In this document: piece after piece, positions 10,637 to 22,100 of the stretch
Position numbering within the stretch: position 1 is the stretch's first letter
How the letters are laid out: each line of letters opens with the position of its first letter
Origin: Alphaproteobacteria bacterium
GTDB taxonomy: Bacteria; Pseudomonadota; Alphaproteobacteria; UBA828
Direction: 5' to 3'
Assembly: GCA_965237415.1 (NCBI GenBank)
Contig: CBDEFM010000002.1
Location: 1,632,001 to 1,696,000 of the forward strand
DNA length: 64,000 bases
Notes under the pieces: model-generated
The model's input: only the letters and a program-made list of their open reading frames with translations
The model's database searches: none
What the model was told of the DNA's origin: nothing
Position numbers and translations under genes: made by a program

Positions 10637-10848
10637 CTGAATACGGCCTCGCGTTGGCGGTGGCTGAGGGCCGACGAGTTTGCAGGCGGTCGTGTCATGG
10701 GAGGCGATGGCTGCGCATTGCGTCGTCCAGACGGTGAATTGGATCAGTAGCAGACCTTCTATCGTCTCCTTATGGCTGTCGACACCCGAATCGGCCCATG
10801 GCCGAGCCGTCGGGCGCCTGAAACCGGGAGGTCGCGTCGCCGGGAAAC

Positions 10849-10875
10849 GGCGGGAGCACACGGTGTGCTCCCGCC
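10849..10875. promoter_or_regulatory. Perfect 12-bp inverted repeat in the glpD/glpK divergent spacer
   Basis: GGCGGGAGCACA-CGG-TGTGCTCCCGCC; function unknown. Confidence 0.4.
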
Positions 10876-10926
10876 AGCCGCGGCGCACGACCCGCCGGTT
10901 GCGCAACGGGGGCGGGCTTCCATAGC

Positions 10927-12408
<1,482 letters not shown>

Positions 12409-12486
12409 ACGCTGCAGTACCTAGCCCGAATATTTTTGGCAGGGTCATGGTCCGCGCAGCGGTAACCGCATCGGAAGGAGAGGTCA

Positions 12487-12645
12487 ATGACGGTCCCTGC
12501 AATGCCGGATACCATTGCAGTCGTTGGCAACAGTCTCATTGGTCACGGATTGGCCCGGAATTTCGTTGTTGCGGGCCACTGCGTCGTCGCCCACATGAAC
12601 CAAGGCCTCTCCAGGGAAACTACAACGTCATGGGCTCCGCAGTGA
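12487..12645 (+). pseudogene. Degenerate N-terminal Rossmann fragment, 3-hydroxyacyl-CoA dehydrogenase-like
   Basis: GAAGGAGAGG RBS, then MTVPAMPDTIAVVGNSLIGHGLARNFVVAGH and an early stop. Confidence 0.45.
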
Positions 12646-12729
12646 CGGATCAATATCCCGGCACATTCTGTCCCACTAAGGGAGGATCACCCGTGTGGGA
12701 TACTGCGGCCGGTCGACTAGCGGCTCCGT

Positions 12730-13542
12730 TCACACCCGTGAGGGCATGTGGGAGGCATCAAGTCGACGGTGAATAAGGGATAACGTGGAGAGCAAATCCT
12801 CGGCATCCGGGCGTGCCATATTCCAATTGATCCTAGCCTCATGAGCAACCGGGTTTCGAAACATGCCGAAGACCCCCTTAACCAGATTGAGAAAGCCACG
12901 TTGTTCCGACTTTTCGCTTTCAGTTTGAAGCAAATTAATCGCGATCATCGGTAGTGGGCCGCCTAATGCTCGATCGGCCAAAGTCGCACCGTCATCAGTT
13001 AAACTCGTCTTTTCTCTCATTTTCTCCGCAACACTCTTGGTGGCTTCTAGCACTGCATGGAAGAAATTGTCCGTCAAGAGTTCGGCCTTACAAAACTTCA
13101 GCACGTCCGGGTGCACGTCCCGGCGCTTCAGAGATGCTCGCAGCGCATCGGCCCGTTGTTCAGCTTCCGTTAGCGTTTTGGCTCTCCTGACAGAGGCAAG
13201 TTCTCCGTCTTCCTGCACTGACAGGCCGCAAAACGAAAGCGCCCCATTCAGGTTGTGCCGCATAGTCTCAAATTGGTCTTGCTCGCCCCGGTAGCGTGTT
13301 GGCTTCATGGCTTTGCGGATGAAGGCCAGGACAGCAGTACGGTTTCGCTTCCTATTTTGGTAGTCGACAAAAGCGTTATGAAGGCGTTTCCACTTTGTGG
13401 CAGCTGGATCAACATCGCGCAACTTGGCTAGTCGCAAGATATGTCCAATCTCGGAGCCAGTAAGCCCTTCGGTCGTATGGCCAAGCGCTTTGGCGATTGC
13501 CTCCAATTCATCCGCCGCAAATAGTTCCGGTTGCTTTACCAT
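12730..13542 (-). CDS. TIGR02391 (Ymh) family protein, HEPN-type
   Basis: GLTGSEI, TKWKRL, FHAVLEATKSV, SEQRGF, FRNPVAH (RxxxxH); lower GC. Confidence 0.85.
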   Translation of the reverse strand: MVKQPELFAADELEAIAKALGHTTEGLTGSEIGHILRLAKLRDVDPAATKWKRLHNAFVDYQNRKRNRTAVLAFIRKAMKPTRYRGEQDQFETMRHNLNGALSFCGLSVQEDGELASVRRAKTLTEAEQRADALRASLKRRDVHPDVLKFCKAELLTDNFFHAVLEATKSVAEKMREKTSLTDDGATLADRALGGPLPMIAINLLQTESEKSEQRGFLNLVKGVFGMFRNPVAHEARINWNMARPDAEDLLSTLSLIHRRLDASHMPSRV

Positions 13543-13565
13543 TGTTCTTTGCCGCTTGAAGTTTT

Positions 13566-14069
13566 CTAAAAGGCCTCATCCGGGAAGTCTTCATGAGTTA
13601 GCCATACAAAGTCGCGATCTGAAATACTTCCGGCGACGATCTTTTCTTCTGCCGCCCGTAAGTAGACAGGAAAGTTTCGTTCGAGTGCTTTTCCAAATTC
13701 CTTGTCCGTTTCGTAATTCGCACGGTCCATATCATCAATGATTCCATATGGGATCGCTACGGTATACGGATGACCGCGATAGCGGACTCGCAGCATCAAT
13801 TTGTGCGCGTCTGTCTTGACGTTTCGACTGTATTCGATCTCGACTTTCCGAAACCTGACCCCTACGCCGCCGCCATTATCGGGTATGAATTCGACGCCGG
13901 CTGCTTCTATCGCGCTTTGAATGGCCAATAGATTCTGCCTCATCGGTGTTCTATAGTTGCTCTCAAATTCGGTCACAGTGGTACGGGCCACCTGAGCGTT
14001 CAGGGCTAATTCGTGCTGGCTCCAGTTCAATAGGGCCCTCCCCGCCCTGCATTGCGCCGCATTCAGCAT
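13566..14069 (-). CDS. XRE-family HTH protein with a C-terminal extension (DUF1488-like)
   Basis: QCRAGRALLNWSQHELA...EAAGVEFIPDNGGGVGVR plus about 90 extra aa. Confidence 0.8.
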   Translation of the reverse strand: MLNAAQCRAGRALLNWSQHELALNAQVARTTVTEFESNYRTPMRQNLLAIQSAIEAAGVEFIPDNGGGVGVRFRKVEIEYSRNVKTDAHKLMLRVRYRGHPYTVAIPYGIIDDMDRANYETDKEFGKALERNFPVYLRAAEEKIVAGSISDRDFVWLTHEDFPDEAF

Positions 14070-14196
14070 CGAAGTCTCCGGCAATGGCTATTTGTTCGAC
14101 TTCCGTCATTTTGTTTGATGTCGGACGATTCGTCAAGACCCCCAGTTGGATTTCTTGAGGGGACCCCTTGTGTGGACAGTTTCCGACGGCTGACTG

Positions 14197-14262
14197 GCTG
14201 ACGCGGTGGCGCGCACGCTCACGCGCCCGGCATCGACCGGCGAGAATGAGCGCCAGCGATAG
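14197..14262 (+). repeat. Right copy of the glpK 3'-end repeat (displaced gene end)
   Basis: Encodes ADAVARTLTRPASTGENERQR* versus ADAVARTLTRPASTSEKEKQR* in glpK. Confidence 0.85.
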
Positions 14263-14280
14263 ATGGCGAGGCAATGCGGG

Positions 14281-15354
<1,074 letters not shown>

Positions 15355-15356
15355 CG

Positions 15357-16217
15357 TCAGCCCTTCACCGCCCCCATCGTCATCCCCTTGATGAAGTAGC
15401 GCTGGAAGAACAGGAACACCACGAGCGTCGGCAGGCTCGCGATCAGCGACAGCGCTCCCTGCACCCCCCAGGCCACCGAGTACTGCCCCCGGAGGTTCAC
15501 GATCCCCAGCATGATGGTCCGCTGCTCGTCGGATTGGGTGAAGATGAGCGGCCACAGGAAGTCGTTCCAGATCCAGGTGAACTGGAGCGTCGCCAGCACC
15601 GCCAGCGCCGGCAGGCTCAGCGGCAGCGCCACCCGGGTCAGCACCTGCCACTCGTTCGCGCCTTCCAGGATGGCCGCCTCACGCAGTGCATTTGGGACGG
15701 TGGCGAAGAAGTTGCGCATCAGCAGCGTGCAGATGGGGATGCCCATCGCGGTGTGGATGATGATGATGGGGTACAGCGTGTCGATCAGATCCACGGCGTT
15801 GAAGAGCCGGAACAGTGGGATCAGGATCACCTGCGGCGGGAAGAACATGCCGGAGACGATGGCGAGGAAAAGCAGGTTGCTGCCGCGGAACGGCAGTTTG
15901 GTGAACACGTAGCCGGCCAGCGACCCCAGCGCGATCGAGGCCACCGTCGCAGGAGCAGTGACGAGGAGCGTGTTGAGGAAGTACCGGTGCACGGCCGGAT
16001 TGCCAAGCACCTCGGCGTAGTTGCCCCAGTACAGCTCGGACGGGATCGTCCACAGCGCGCCCAGGGCGATGTCGCGGGTGGTCTTGATCGAGGACAGCAG
16101 CACGCCGGCGGTGGGGGCCAGGAACAGCACCGCCAGACACGCGAGCACGATGAAGATCACCGCGGGCCACGGGTTGAACCGCCTGCGCGAGTCCGGGACG
16201 AACGCCGCGTCAACCAT
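15357..16217 (-). CDS. Carbohydrate ABC permease (MalG type)
   Basis: EAAILEGA motif, WNDFLWP. Confidence 0.93.
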   Translation of the reverse strand: MVDAAFVPDSRRRFNPWPAVIFIVLACLAVLFLAPTAGVLLSSIKTTRDIALGALWTIPSELYWGNYAEVLGNPAVHRYFLNTLLVTAPATVASIALGSLAGYVFTKLPFRGSNLLFLAIVSGMFFPPQVILIPLFRLFNAVDLIDTLYPIIIIHTAMGIPICTLLMRNFFATVPNALREAAILEGANEWQVLTRVALPLSLPALAVLATLQFTWIWNDFLWPLIFTQSDEQRTIMLGIVNLRGQYSVAWGVQGALSLIASLPTLVVFLFFQRYFIKGMTMGAVKG

Positions 16218-17091
16218 GAATCTCGTCGACCTTGCGCAACTGGCGGAAGTAGACGCGGACGATGGTCAGCGCGATCAGGAACAGGACCACCGAGATGGCG
16301 CTGCCGTAGCCCATCAGGTACTTCTTGAACGACTCGTTGTACATGTGCATGGCCAGCGTGTCGGAGCTGTTGAACGGCCCGCCGCCGGTCATGGTGTAGA
16401 GGATGTCGAACCCCTTGAGCGAGTTGATGACGTTGAGCGCGATCACCACCACGGTGGCCGGGGCGAGCAGAGGGATGACCACCAGGCGGATGCGCTGCAC
16501 GGTTCGCGCGCCCTCGATCTCGCACACCTCCAGCAGCTCCTCGGGGATGGTGGTCAGCCCGGCCAGAAAGATCACCATCGAGAGCCCGGTCTGCTGCCAC
16601 GACCAGGCGACGATCACCGACCACAACGCGCTATCCGGCTTCGCCAGCCATGCGTAGTTGAACCGCTCGCCGCTCACCGCCTCCACCACGGTGTTCAGCA
16701 GCCCCCAGTCCGGCTGGTAGATCCACACCCAGATCTGCCCGACCACCACGGCCGAGAGGCAGATCGGAAGGTAGAAGATCGACTTGAACACCGACCCGCC
16801 GGGAATGCGGCTGTCGATCAGCAGGGCGAGCCCAAGCCCGAGCGCGGTCGGCACGAGGATCGCCGCGACGATCCAGAGCGCGGTGTTGATCGCGGCGTTG
16901 AGGAACAGCTTGTCGGTGTGGATCTTGAGGAAGTTGTCGAAGCCGACGTAGTCGTAGTCGGGATTGAAGCCGTTCCAGTTGGTGAAGCTGTAGTAGAAGG
17001 AACTCGCGAGCGGCCAAACCACGAACGCCGCAAACACCGCAAGCGGCAGCGCCAGCAGAATCACCCGCCAGAAACGGTTCTCCCGTTCCAT
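16210..17091 (-). CDS. Carbohydrate ABC permease (MalF type)
   Basis: VGFDNF, LAGLTTIPEEL, MTGGGP, MGYGSAI. Confidence 0.93.
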   Translation of the reverse strand: MERENRFWRVILLALPLAVFAAFVVWPLASSFYYSFTNWNGFNPDYDYVGFDNFLKIHTDKLFLNAAINTALWIVAAILVPTALGLGLALLIDSRIPGGSVFKSIFYLPICLSAVVVGQIWVWIYQPDWGLLNTVVEAVSGERFNYAWLAKPDSALWSVIVAWSWQQTGLSMVIFLAGLTTIPEELLEVCEIEGARTVQRIRLVVIPLLAPATVVVIALNVINSLKGFDILYTMTGGGPFNSSDTLAMHMYNESFKKYLMGYGSAISVVLFLIALTIVRVYFRQLRKVDEIHG

Positions 17092-17168
17092 CGATCACTG
17101 CTCATGACGGAAAGTGGACGGGCCGCCGGGTAAATTCCGCCCGGCGGCCCGCCCGCACGAGACCGCGT

Positions 17169-18440
17169 CTACTCCGTGAACGCCTGCGCGGCGTCCGCGG
17201 CGACCTGTGCGAGGATGTCGTCCACTTGGCTCGGGTCGTCCATGAAGCGCGAGAACATGGAGAGCCCGACCTCCGCCACCGGCGGTGGCGTCGCGAGGTC
17301 GTAGTTGAACGCGAAGTTGTCCGCCCCGGCCACGGTGGCGGAAACCCGCTGCATGACCTCGTTGTAGTTCGCCGGATCGACGTTGACGTTGGCGGAGAGC
17401 GCCCCGTATGCGCCGGTCCAGCTCGCCTGCACATCGGCGCTCGACATCATGTAGCTCAGGAACGCCTCGGCGCCGGCGCGGTTCTCCCCGTCGTTGGAGA
17501 TGACCAGACCGTCCACCGGACCGACCACCGACGCGGGAACGCCCTCGGCGATGGACGGGAACGGGAAGAAGTCGTAGTCCTTGCCGGCCTCCAGCCCGAG
17601 TCCGTTCCAGTAGCCGGTGATCCAGGTGCCCATCAGGGTCATCGCCGCGTCGCCGCGGGCCACCTTGTCCGACGCATCCGTCCACGAATCGGCGTTGGCG
17701 TTGGGAGCGAAGTAGCCCTTGTCCGCCAGATCCTTCCACGTCGCCATGGCGGCCTTGACCTCGGCGTCGTCATAGGCGGCGGAGCCGTTCATCAGACTTG
17801 CGCGATAGTCGGGGCCGGCGGTGCCCAGGAGCAGGTAGTCGAACCAGAACTGGGCGGGCCAGCGATTCTTCGAGCCGAGCGCGATCGGCGTCACGCCGTT
17901 TGCCTTCAGCGTCTCGCACAGCGACAGGAACCCGTCCCAGGTCGTCGGCATATCGGTGACGCCTGCGTCCGCGAGCACCTGGGTGTTATAGAACATGCCC
18001 GCGTAATGGTAGTTGAACGGCACCAGGTAGCGCTTGCCGTTGTACATGGTGGCGCTGTCGGCCACGGACTTCGCGACGACATTGTCGAGGCCGTCCCGGG
18101 CCCACATGTCGTCGATGGGGTGGAGGCTTCCGGAATCGACGACGAACTGCGTCCGCGCTCCGGCCCAGTAGCTGAAGACGTCAGGCAGGCTGTCGCCGGC
18201 CGCGCGCACCAGGATATCGGTCTTGAAGTCCTCGTGACCGATGGGGCTGTTCTTGATCGTGTAGCCCGTGTCGGCTTCGAACTTCGCGACCTGCTCGTTG
18301 AAGATCTTGAGTCCGAACTCCCCGGTGAAGTAGTGCGTCAGAGTGACGTCGCCGCCTTGCGCGAAGGCGGGCGCGCCGAGCACCAGGGCCGGCACGACCG
18401 CCACGGCGGCCAGCAACCCGCGCCTGTTGAGAGTGATCAT
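17169..18440 (-). CDS. Carbohydrate ABC solute-binding protein
   Basis: NRRGLL signal, PDVFSYWAG, PTTWD, AMTLMGTW. Confidence 0.9.
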   Translation of the reverse strand: MITLNRRGLLAAVAVVPALVLGAPAFAQGGDVTLTHYFTGEFGLKIFNEQVAKFEADTGYTIKNSPIGHEDFKTDILVRAAGDSLPDVFSYWAGARTQFVVDSGSLHPIDDMWARDGLDNVVAKSVADSATMYNGKRYLVPFNYHYAGMFYNTQVLADAGVTDMPTTWDGFLSLCETLKANGVTPIALGSKNRWPAQFWFDYLLLGTAGPDYRASLMNGSAAYDDAEVKAAMATWKDLADKGYFAPNANADSWTDASDKVARGDAAMTLMGTWITGYWNGLGLEAGKDYDFFPFPSIAEGVPASVVGPVDGLVISNDGENRAGAEAFLSYMMSSADVQASWTGAYGALSANVNVDPANYNEVMQRVSATVAGADNFAFNYDLATPPPVAEVGLSMFSRFMDDPSQVDDILAQVAADAAQAFTE

Positions 18441-18702
18441 GGAATTCCCCCTTGCGGTTGACATGCCAGCGCTTTCGATGAGCGCCTCGGCAGTCAAGCG
18501 CATCGCTCCCAGCGGTGTCAACGGAAACGGGGCGGATGCACCAGGGTGCTGCACGCGAGCGTGCCGAACGGTCGATGAGACGCCGGCGGCATGTGTTGCG
18601 CGACGGCGCGGAATCCGCCTACTTTCGCAGCGTATCGGCGCCGCGGGACGACCCCGCGTGGCCGGCGTCTCCACCCGCTGCCGCGACGGGAGCTGACGAG
18701 CC

Positions 18703-19797
18703 ATGCAGACCGGTCCCATCGGAGTCGGCATCGTGGGCACGGGCCGCATCTCCGATCTGCACGCCATCGAGTACCTGGCCAGCCCGCTGGCGCGGATCGT
18801 GGCGCTCTGCGATGTGGACAGGGCGCGCGCGGCGGGGCGGGCGGCGGCCTGGGGCCTCGACGACATCGCCATCGACGACGACATCGATGTCCTGCTCGCC
18901 CGCCCGGACGTGGATCTTGTCGAGATCCTGCTCCCCCATCACCTGCATCTCGAAGCGGCACTGAAGTCCGTCGACGCCGGCAAGATCGTCTCGCTCCAGA
19001 AGCCGATGTGCATCTCACTCGAGGAGGCCGACCGCCTGGTCGCCGCCGCGGAAGCCTCGGATCGCCCCTTCAAGGTGTTCGAGAACTTCCTGTTCTACCC
19101 CCCTGTCGTCCGGGCGCGGGAGCTGATCGCCGAGGACGCGATCGGCACGCCGCTCTCCATCCGCATCAAGAGCAACCCGGGGCGGAGCGCGACCGCCTGG
19201 GACGTGCCGGAAAGCGCCATCGCCTGGCGGCAGCGGCCCGAGCAGTCCGGCGGCGGGCCGCTGGTGTTCGACGACGGCCACCACAAGTTCGCCCTCGCCT
19301 GGCACTTCATGGGCGAGCCGGAGGAGGTCCACGCCTTCATCGGGCATACCGAAACGGCGGACCACCGGGCGCGGCTGGACGCGCCCTCGATCGTGTCGTT
19401 CCGCTTTCCCGGCAACCGCATCGGCAACCTGGAGATCGTCCATTCGCCGGAGCTCGAGGTCGCAACCCGGCACTATGCCCAGGACGACCGTGTGGAGATC
19501 ACCGGCAGCAGGGGAGTGATCTGGGTGAACGGCGGCCACGGGCGCCTGGGCGACGCGCCGCCGCTCGCGTTGTACCGGGACGGCGCCCTCACCGAGTTCC
19601 GCGACGTGGAGACCGGCTGGGAGCAGAGCTTCGTGCTGTCCACACGCCACTTTCTGGAGGTCGTGTCGCAGGGCGGGCGTCCGGTGCTGACCGCGCGCGA
19701 GGGCCGGCAGGTACTGCGCTTCGCGCTCGCCGCCCTGGAGTCCGCCCGCCTGCGCAGGCCGGTGCCGGTCGCTGCCGAAGGAGGACCCTGCGCATGA
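18703..19797 (+). CDS. Gfo/Idh/MocA oxidoreductase
   Basis: GIVGTGRIS, LQKPM, GGPLVFDDGHH. Confidence 0.9.
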   Translation: MQTGPIGVGIVGTGRISDLHAIEYLASPLARIVALCDVDRARAAGRAAAWGLDDIAIDDDIDVLLARPDVDLVEILLPHHLHLEAALKSVDAGKIVSLQKPMCISLEEADRLVAAAEASDRPFKVFENFLFYPPVVRARELIAEDAIGTPLSIRIKSNPGRSATAWDVPESAIAWRQRPEQSGGGPLVFDDGHHKFALAWHFMGEPEEVHAFIGHTETADHRARLDAPSIVSFRFPGNRIGNLEIVHSPELEVATRHYAQDDRVEITGSRGVIWVNGGHGRLGDAPPLALYRDGALTEFRDVETGWEQSFVLSTRHFLEVVSQGGRPVLTAREGRQVLRFALAALESARLRRPVPVAAEGGPCA

Positions 19798-21695
19798 CGA
19801 ACACCACTGGCACGCTCGGATCGCCGCCATCGTCGATGGACGAGAGAGCGGGCTGGCTCGCCGATGCCGGCGGCCTGAACGCGGCCATCGATGCCGGGCG
19901 GCTCGGCGAGGCGGTCGCCCTCCCCCTCGCCGAGGCGCTGGTGCTGGGCCTGATGCGTCAGGGAGTGACGAAGTACCTCGCGATCTTCGGGCACGGCTCC
20001 ACCGCGATCGGGGAGGTGCTGCGGGTTTACCAGGCCCACGGTCTGGTCCGGTGCTGGCAGTTCCGCAACGAGGTCGCGATGGCGCACGCCGCCACTGCGC
20101 TCCGCTGGGTGTACGGAGAGCCGTCCGCAGTCGTCACGTCCATCGGGCCGGGAGCGATGCAGGCAATGGCCGGATCGCTGGCGGCGGCCTCCAATGGGGT
20201 CGGCGTCTATCACCTCTACGGCGACGAGACCACCCACGGCGAAGGCTACAACATGCAGCAGGTGCCCAAGCCGGCACAGGGGCTGTTCGGGCAGATGACC
20301 TCGCTGATGGGCGAGTCCTGGACCCTGCACAGCCCCGGCGCGCTGCGGGCGGCGTTGCGCCGGGGCGCGATGACGGTGTTCCACCCATGGCGGGCCGGTC
20401 CGTTCTACTTCAACCTGCCCATCAACACCCAACCCGCGGAGACCCTGATTCGGCTCGATGCCCTGCCGGCGGCGCCCGAGTTCTCCCCTGCCGCACCCGC
20501 CGGCGAGGAAGCATACGCCCAGGCGGCGGCGCTCGTCGCCGGCGCCCGGCGCGTCGCGGTCAAGGCGGGCGGGGGGGCGCGACCCTTCGCCAGCGCGATC
20601 CGGGAGTTCGTGGAGCGCGCGGGGGCGGCGGTGGTGCTCAGCCCCGGCTCGACCGGGGTGATGCCCGACGACCACCCGCAGAACCTGCACGTCGGCGGCT
20701 CCAAGGGAACCATCAGCGGCAACTTCGCGATGGAGGAAGCGGACCTGCTGGCGGTCATCGGCAGCCGGGCGGTGTGCCAGAGCGACTGCTCGGGGACGGG
20801 ATGGCCGAAGGTCCGCCACGTCGTCAACATCAACGCCGATCCGGAGGACGTCCAGCACTACAACCGCACCTCTGCGCTCTGCGGCGATGCCGGTGCGGTA
20901 CTGGAGCGCCTGAACGACGTGCTGCGTCGCGATCATCCGCAGGCACCCGCGAGCAAGCGGGAGTGGCTCGACGCCTGCGCCGCGAAGAAAGCCGAGTGGC
21001 GGGCGTTCAGGACCGCGCAGCTCGATGCCGCCGCCCCCATCGACACGGTCTGGCAGCGGGCGGTGTTGACCCAGCCCCAGGCGATCGCGGTGACCGCGGC
21101 GTTCTGTAAGGCGCGGGGCGCCATCAAGTTCTTCGACGCCGGCGACGTGCAGGCCAACGGTTTCCAGATCGTCGAGGACGACTCGCCATACGAGACCTTT
21201 ACCGAGGCGGGTGCGTCCTACATGGGGTTCTCGGTGTCGGCCCTGCTAGCCGGTGCACTGGCCGACCACGGGCGCTATGCCGTCGCCTTCACCGGCGACG
21301 GTTCGTTCACGATGAACCCGCAGGTCTTGATCGACGGCGTGGAGCACGGCGTGCGCGGCGCCATCGTCCTGTTCGACAACCGCCGCATGGGCGCGATCAG
21401 CCAGTTGCAGCGTGCGCAGTACGGAGCGGAATTCCGCACCTCGGACTCCGTACCGGTGGACTACGTGCAGATGGCGGCATCGGTCGCGGGAGTGAAGGCG
21501 TTGTCGGGAGGGTTCGATCCGTCCTCCCTGGCCGCGGCGCTTGAAGAGGCGTTCGATTACGACGGCCTCAGCCTCATCCACGTCCCGGTCTACTTCGGGG
21601 ACGATCCCCGGGGCGGCATGGGGGCCTACGGGCGCTGGAACGTCGGCAACTGGTGCGACGACGTGCAGGACCGTTACGTGCGTACACTGATCTGA
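19794..21695 (+). CDS. ThDP-dependent enzyme, IolD-like ring hydrolase
   Basis: AIFGHG, RNEVAMAHAA, TSIGPG, SYMGF, GDGSF...DN; start overlaps the upstream stop (ATGA). Confidence 0.85.
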   Translation: MTNTTGTLGSPPSSMDERAGWLADAGGLNAAIDAGRLGEAVALPLAEALVLGLMRQGVTKYLAIFGHGSTAIGEVLRVYQAHGLVRCWQFRNEVAMAHAATALRWVYGEPSAVVTSIGPGAMQAMAGSLAAASNGVGVYHLYGDETTHGEGYNMQQVPKPAQGLFGQMTSLMGESWTLHSPGALRAALRRGAMTVFHPWRAGPFYFNLPINTQPAETLIRLDALPAAPEFSPAAPAGEEAYAQAAALVAGARRVAVKAGGGARPFASAIREFVERAGAAVVLSPGSTGVMPDDHPQNLHVGGSKGTISGNFAMEEADLLAVIGSRAVCQSDCSGTGWPKVRHVVNINADPEDVQHYNRTSALCGDAGAVLERLNDVLRRDHPQAPASKREWLDACAAKKAEWRAFRTAQLDAAAPIDTVWQRAVLTQPQAIAVTAAFCKARGAIKFFDAGDVQANGFQIVEDDSPYETFTEAGASYMGFSVSALLAGALADHGRYAVAFTGDGSFTMNPQVLIDGVEHGVRGAIVLFDNRRMGAISQLQRAQYGAEFRTSDSVPVDYVQMAASVAGVKALSGGFDPSSLAAALEEAFDYDGLSLIHVPVYFGDDPRGGMGAYGRWNVGNWCDDVQDRYVRTLI

Positions 21696-22100
21696 CCACG
21701 CGCGCAGAGGCGCCCGGCTTGGCTGGCCGGTTCGGACAAGAACGGCCCCGGACGCCCGGGCCTCACCCGACACCCTGTCAATCGGCTTTCGATATTGCCC
21801 CCCTTCTCTAATCGGGTTGGCTAAACCGAGCTCTCCTCCGGTCCCACCGACCTGGAGCGGGCCCCTGGGGGGTGGACGGTTTCAGGCGTCTGACTCGGTA
21901 TATCAAGTACGAATGCGTTGACTACGGTACGGCTCGCCGGCGCCCAATTTACGAAGATGGGGAGAATGTTCTCGACTGCGTCGTCACGGTTGCACTGGAC
22001 ACGAGACCAAACATGAACCAACGTGGAAACTGGGCTAGTAGTTGGTCGATATAGAGTGGCCACGGTAGCTGATGAATCGACCACACAGGGAGATAGACAC

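Noticed and set aside
18591-21695. 1034-aa ORF as one giant protein
   Set aside because: The N-terminal part is an off-frame overlay of the Gfo/Idh gene; the real start is 19794 with an RBS
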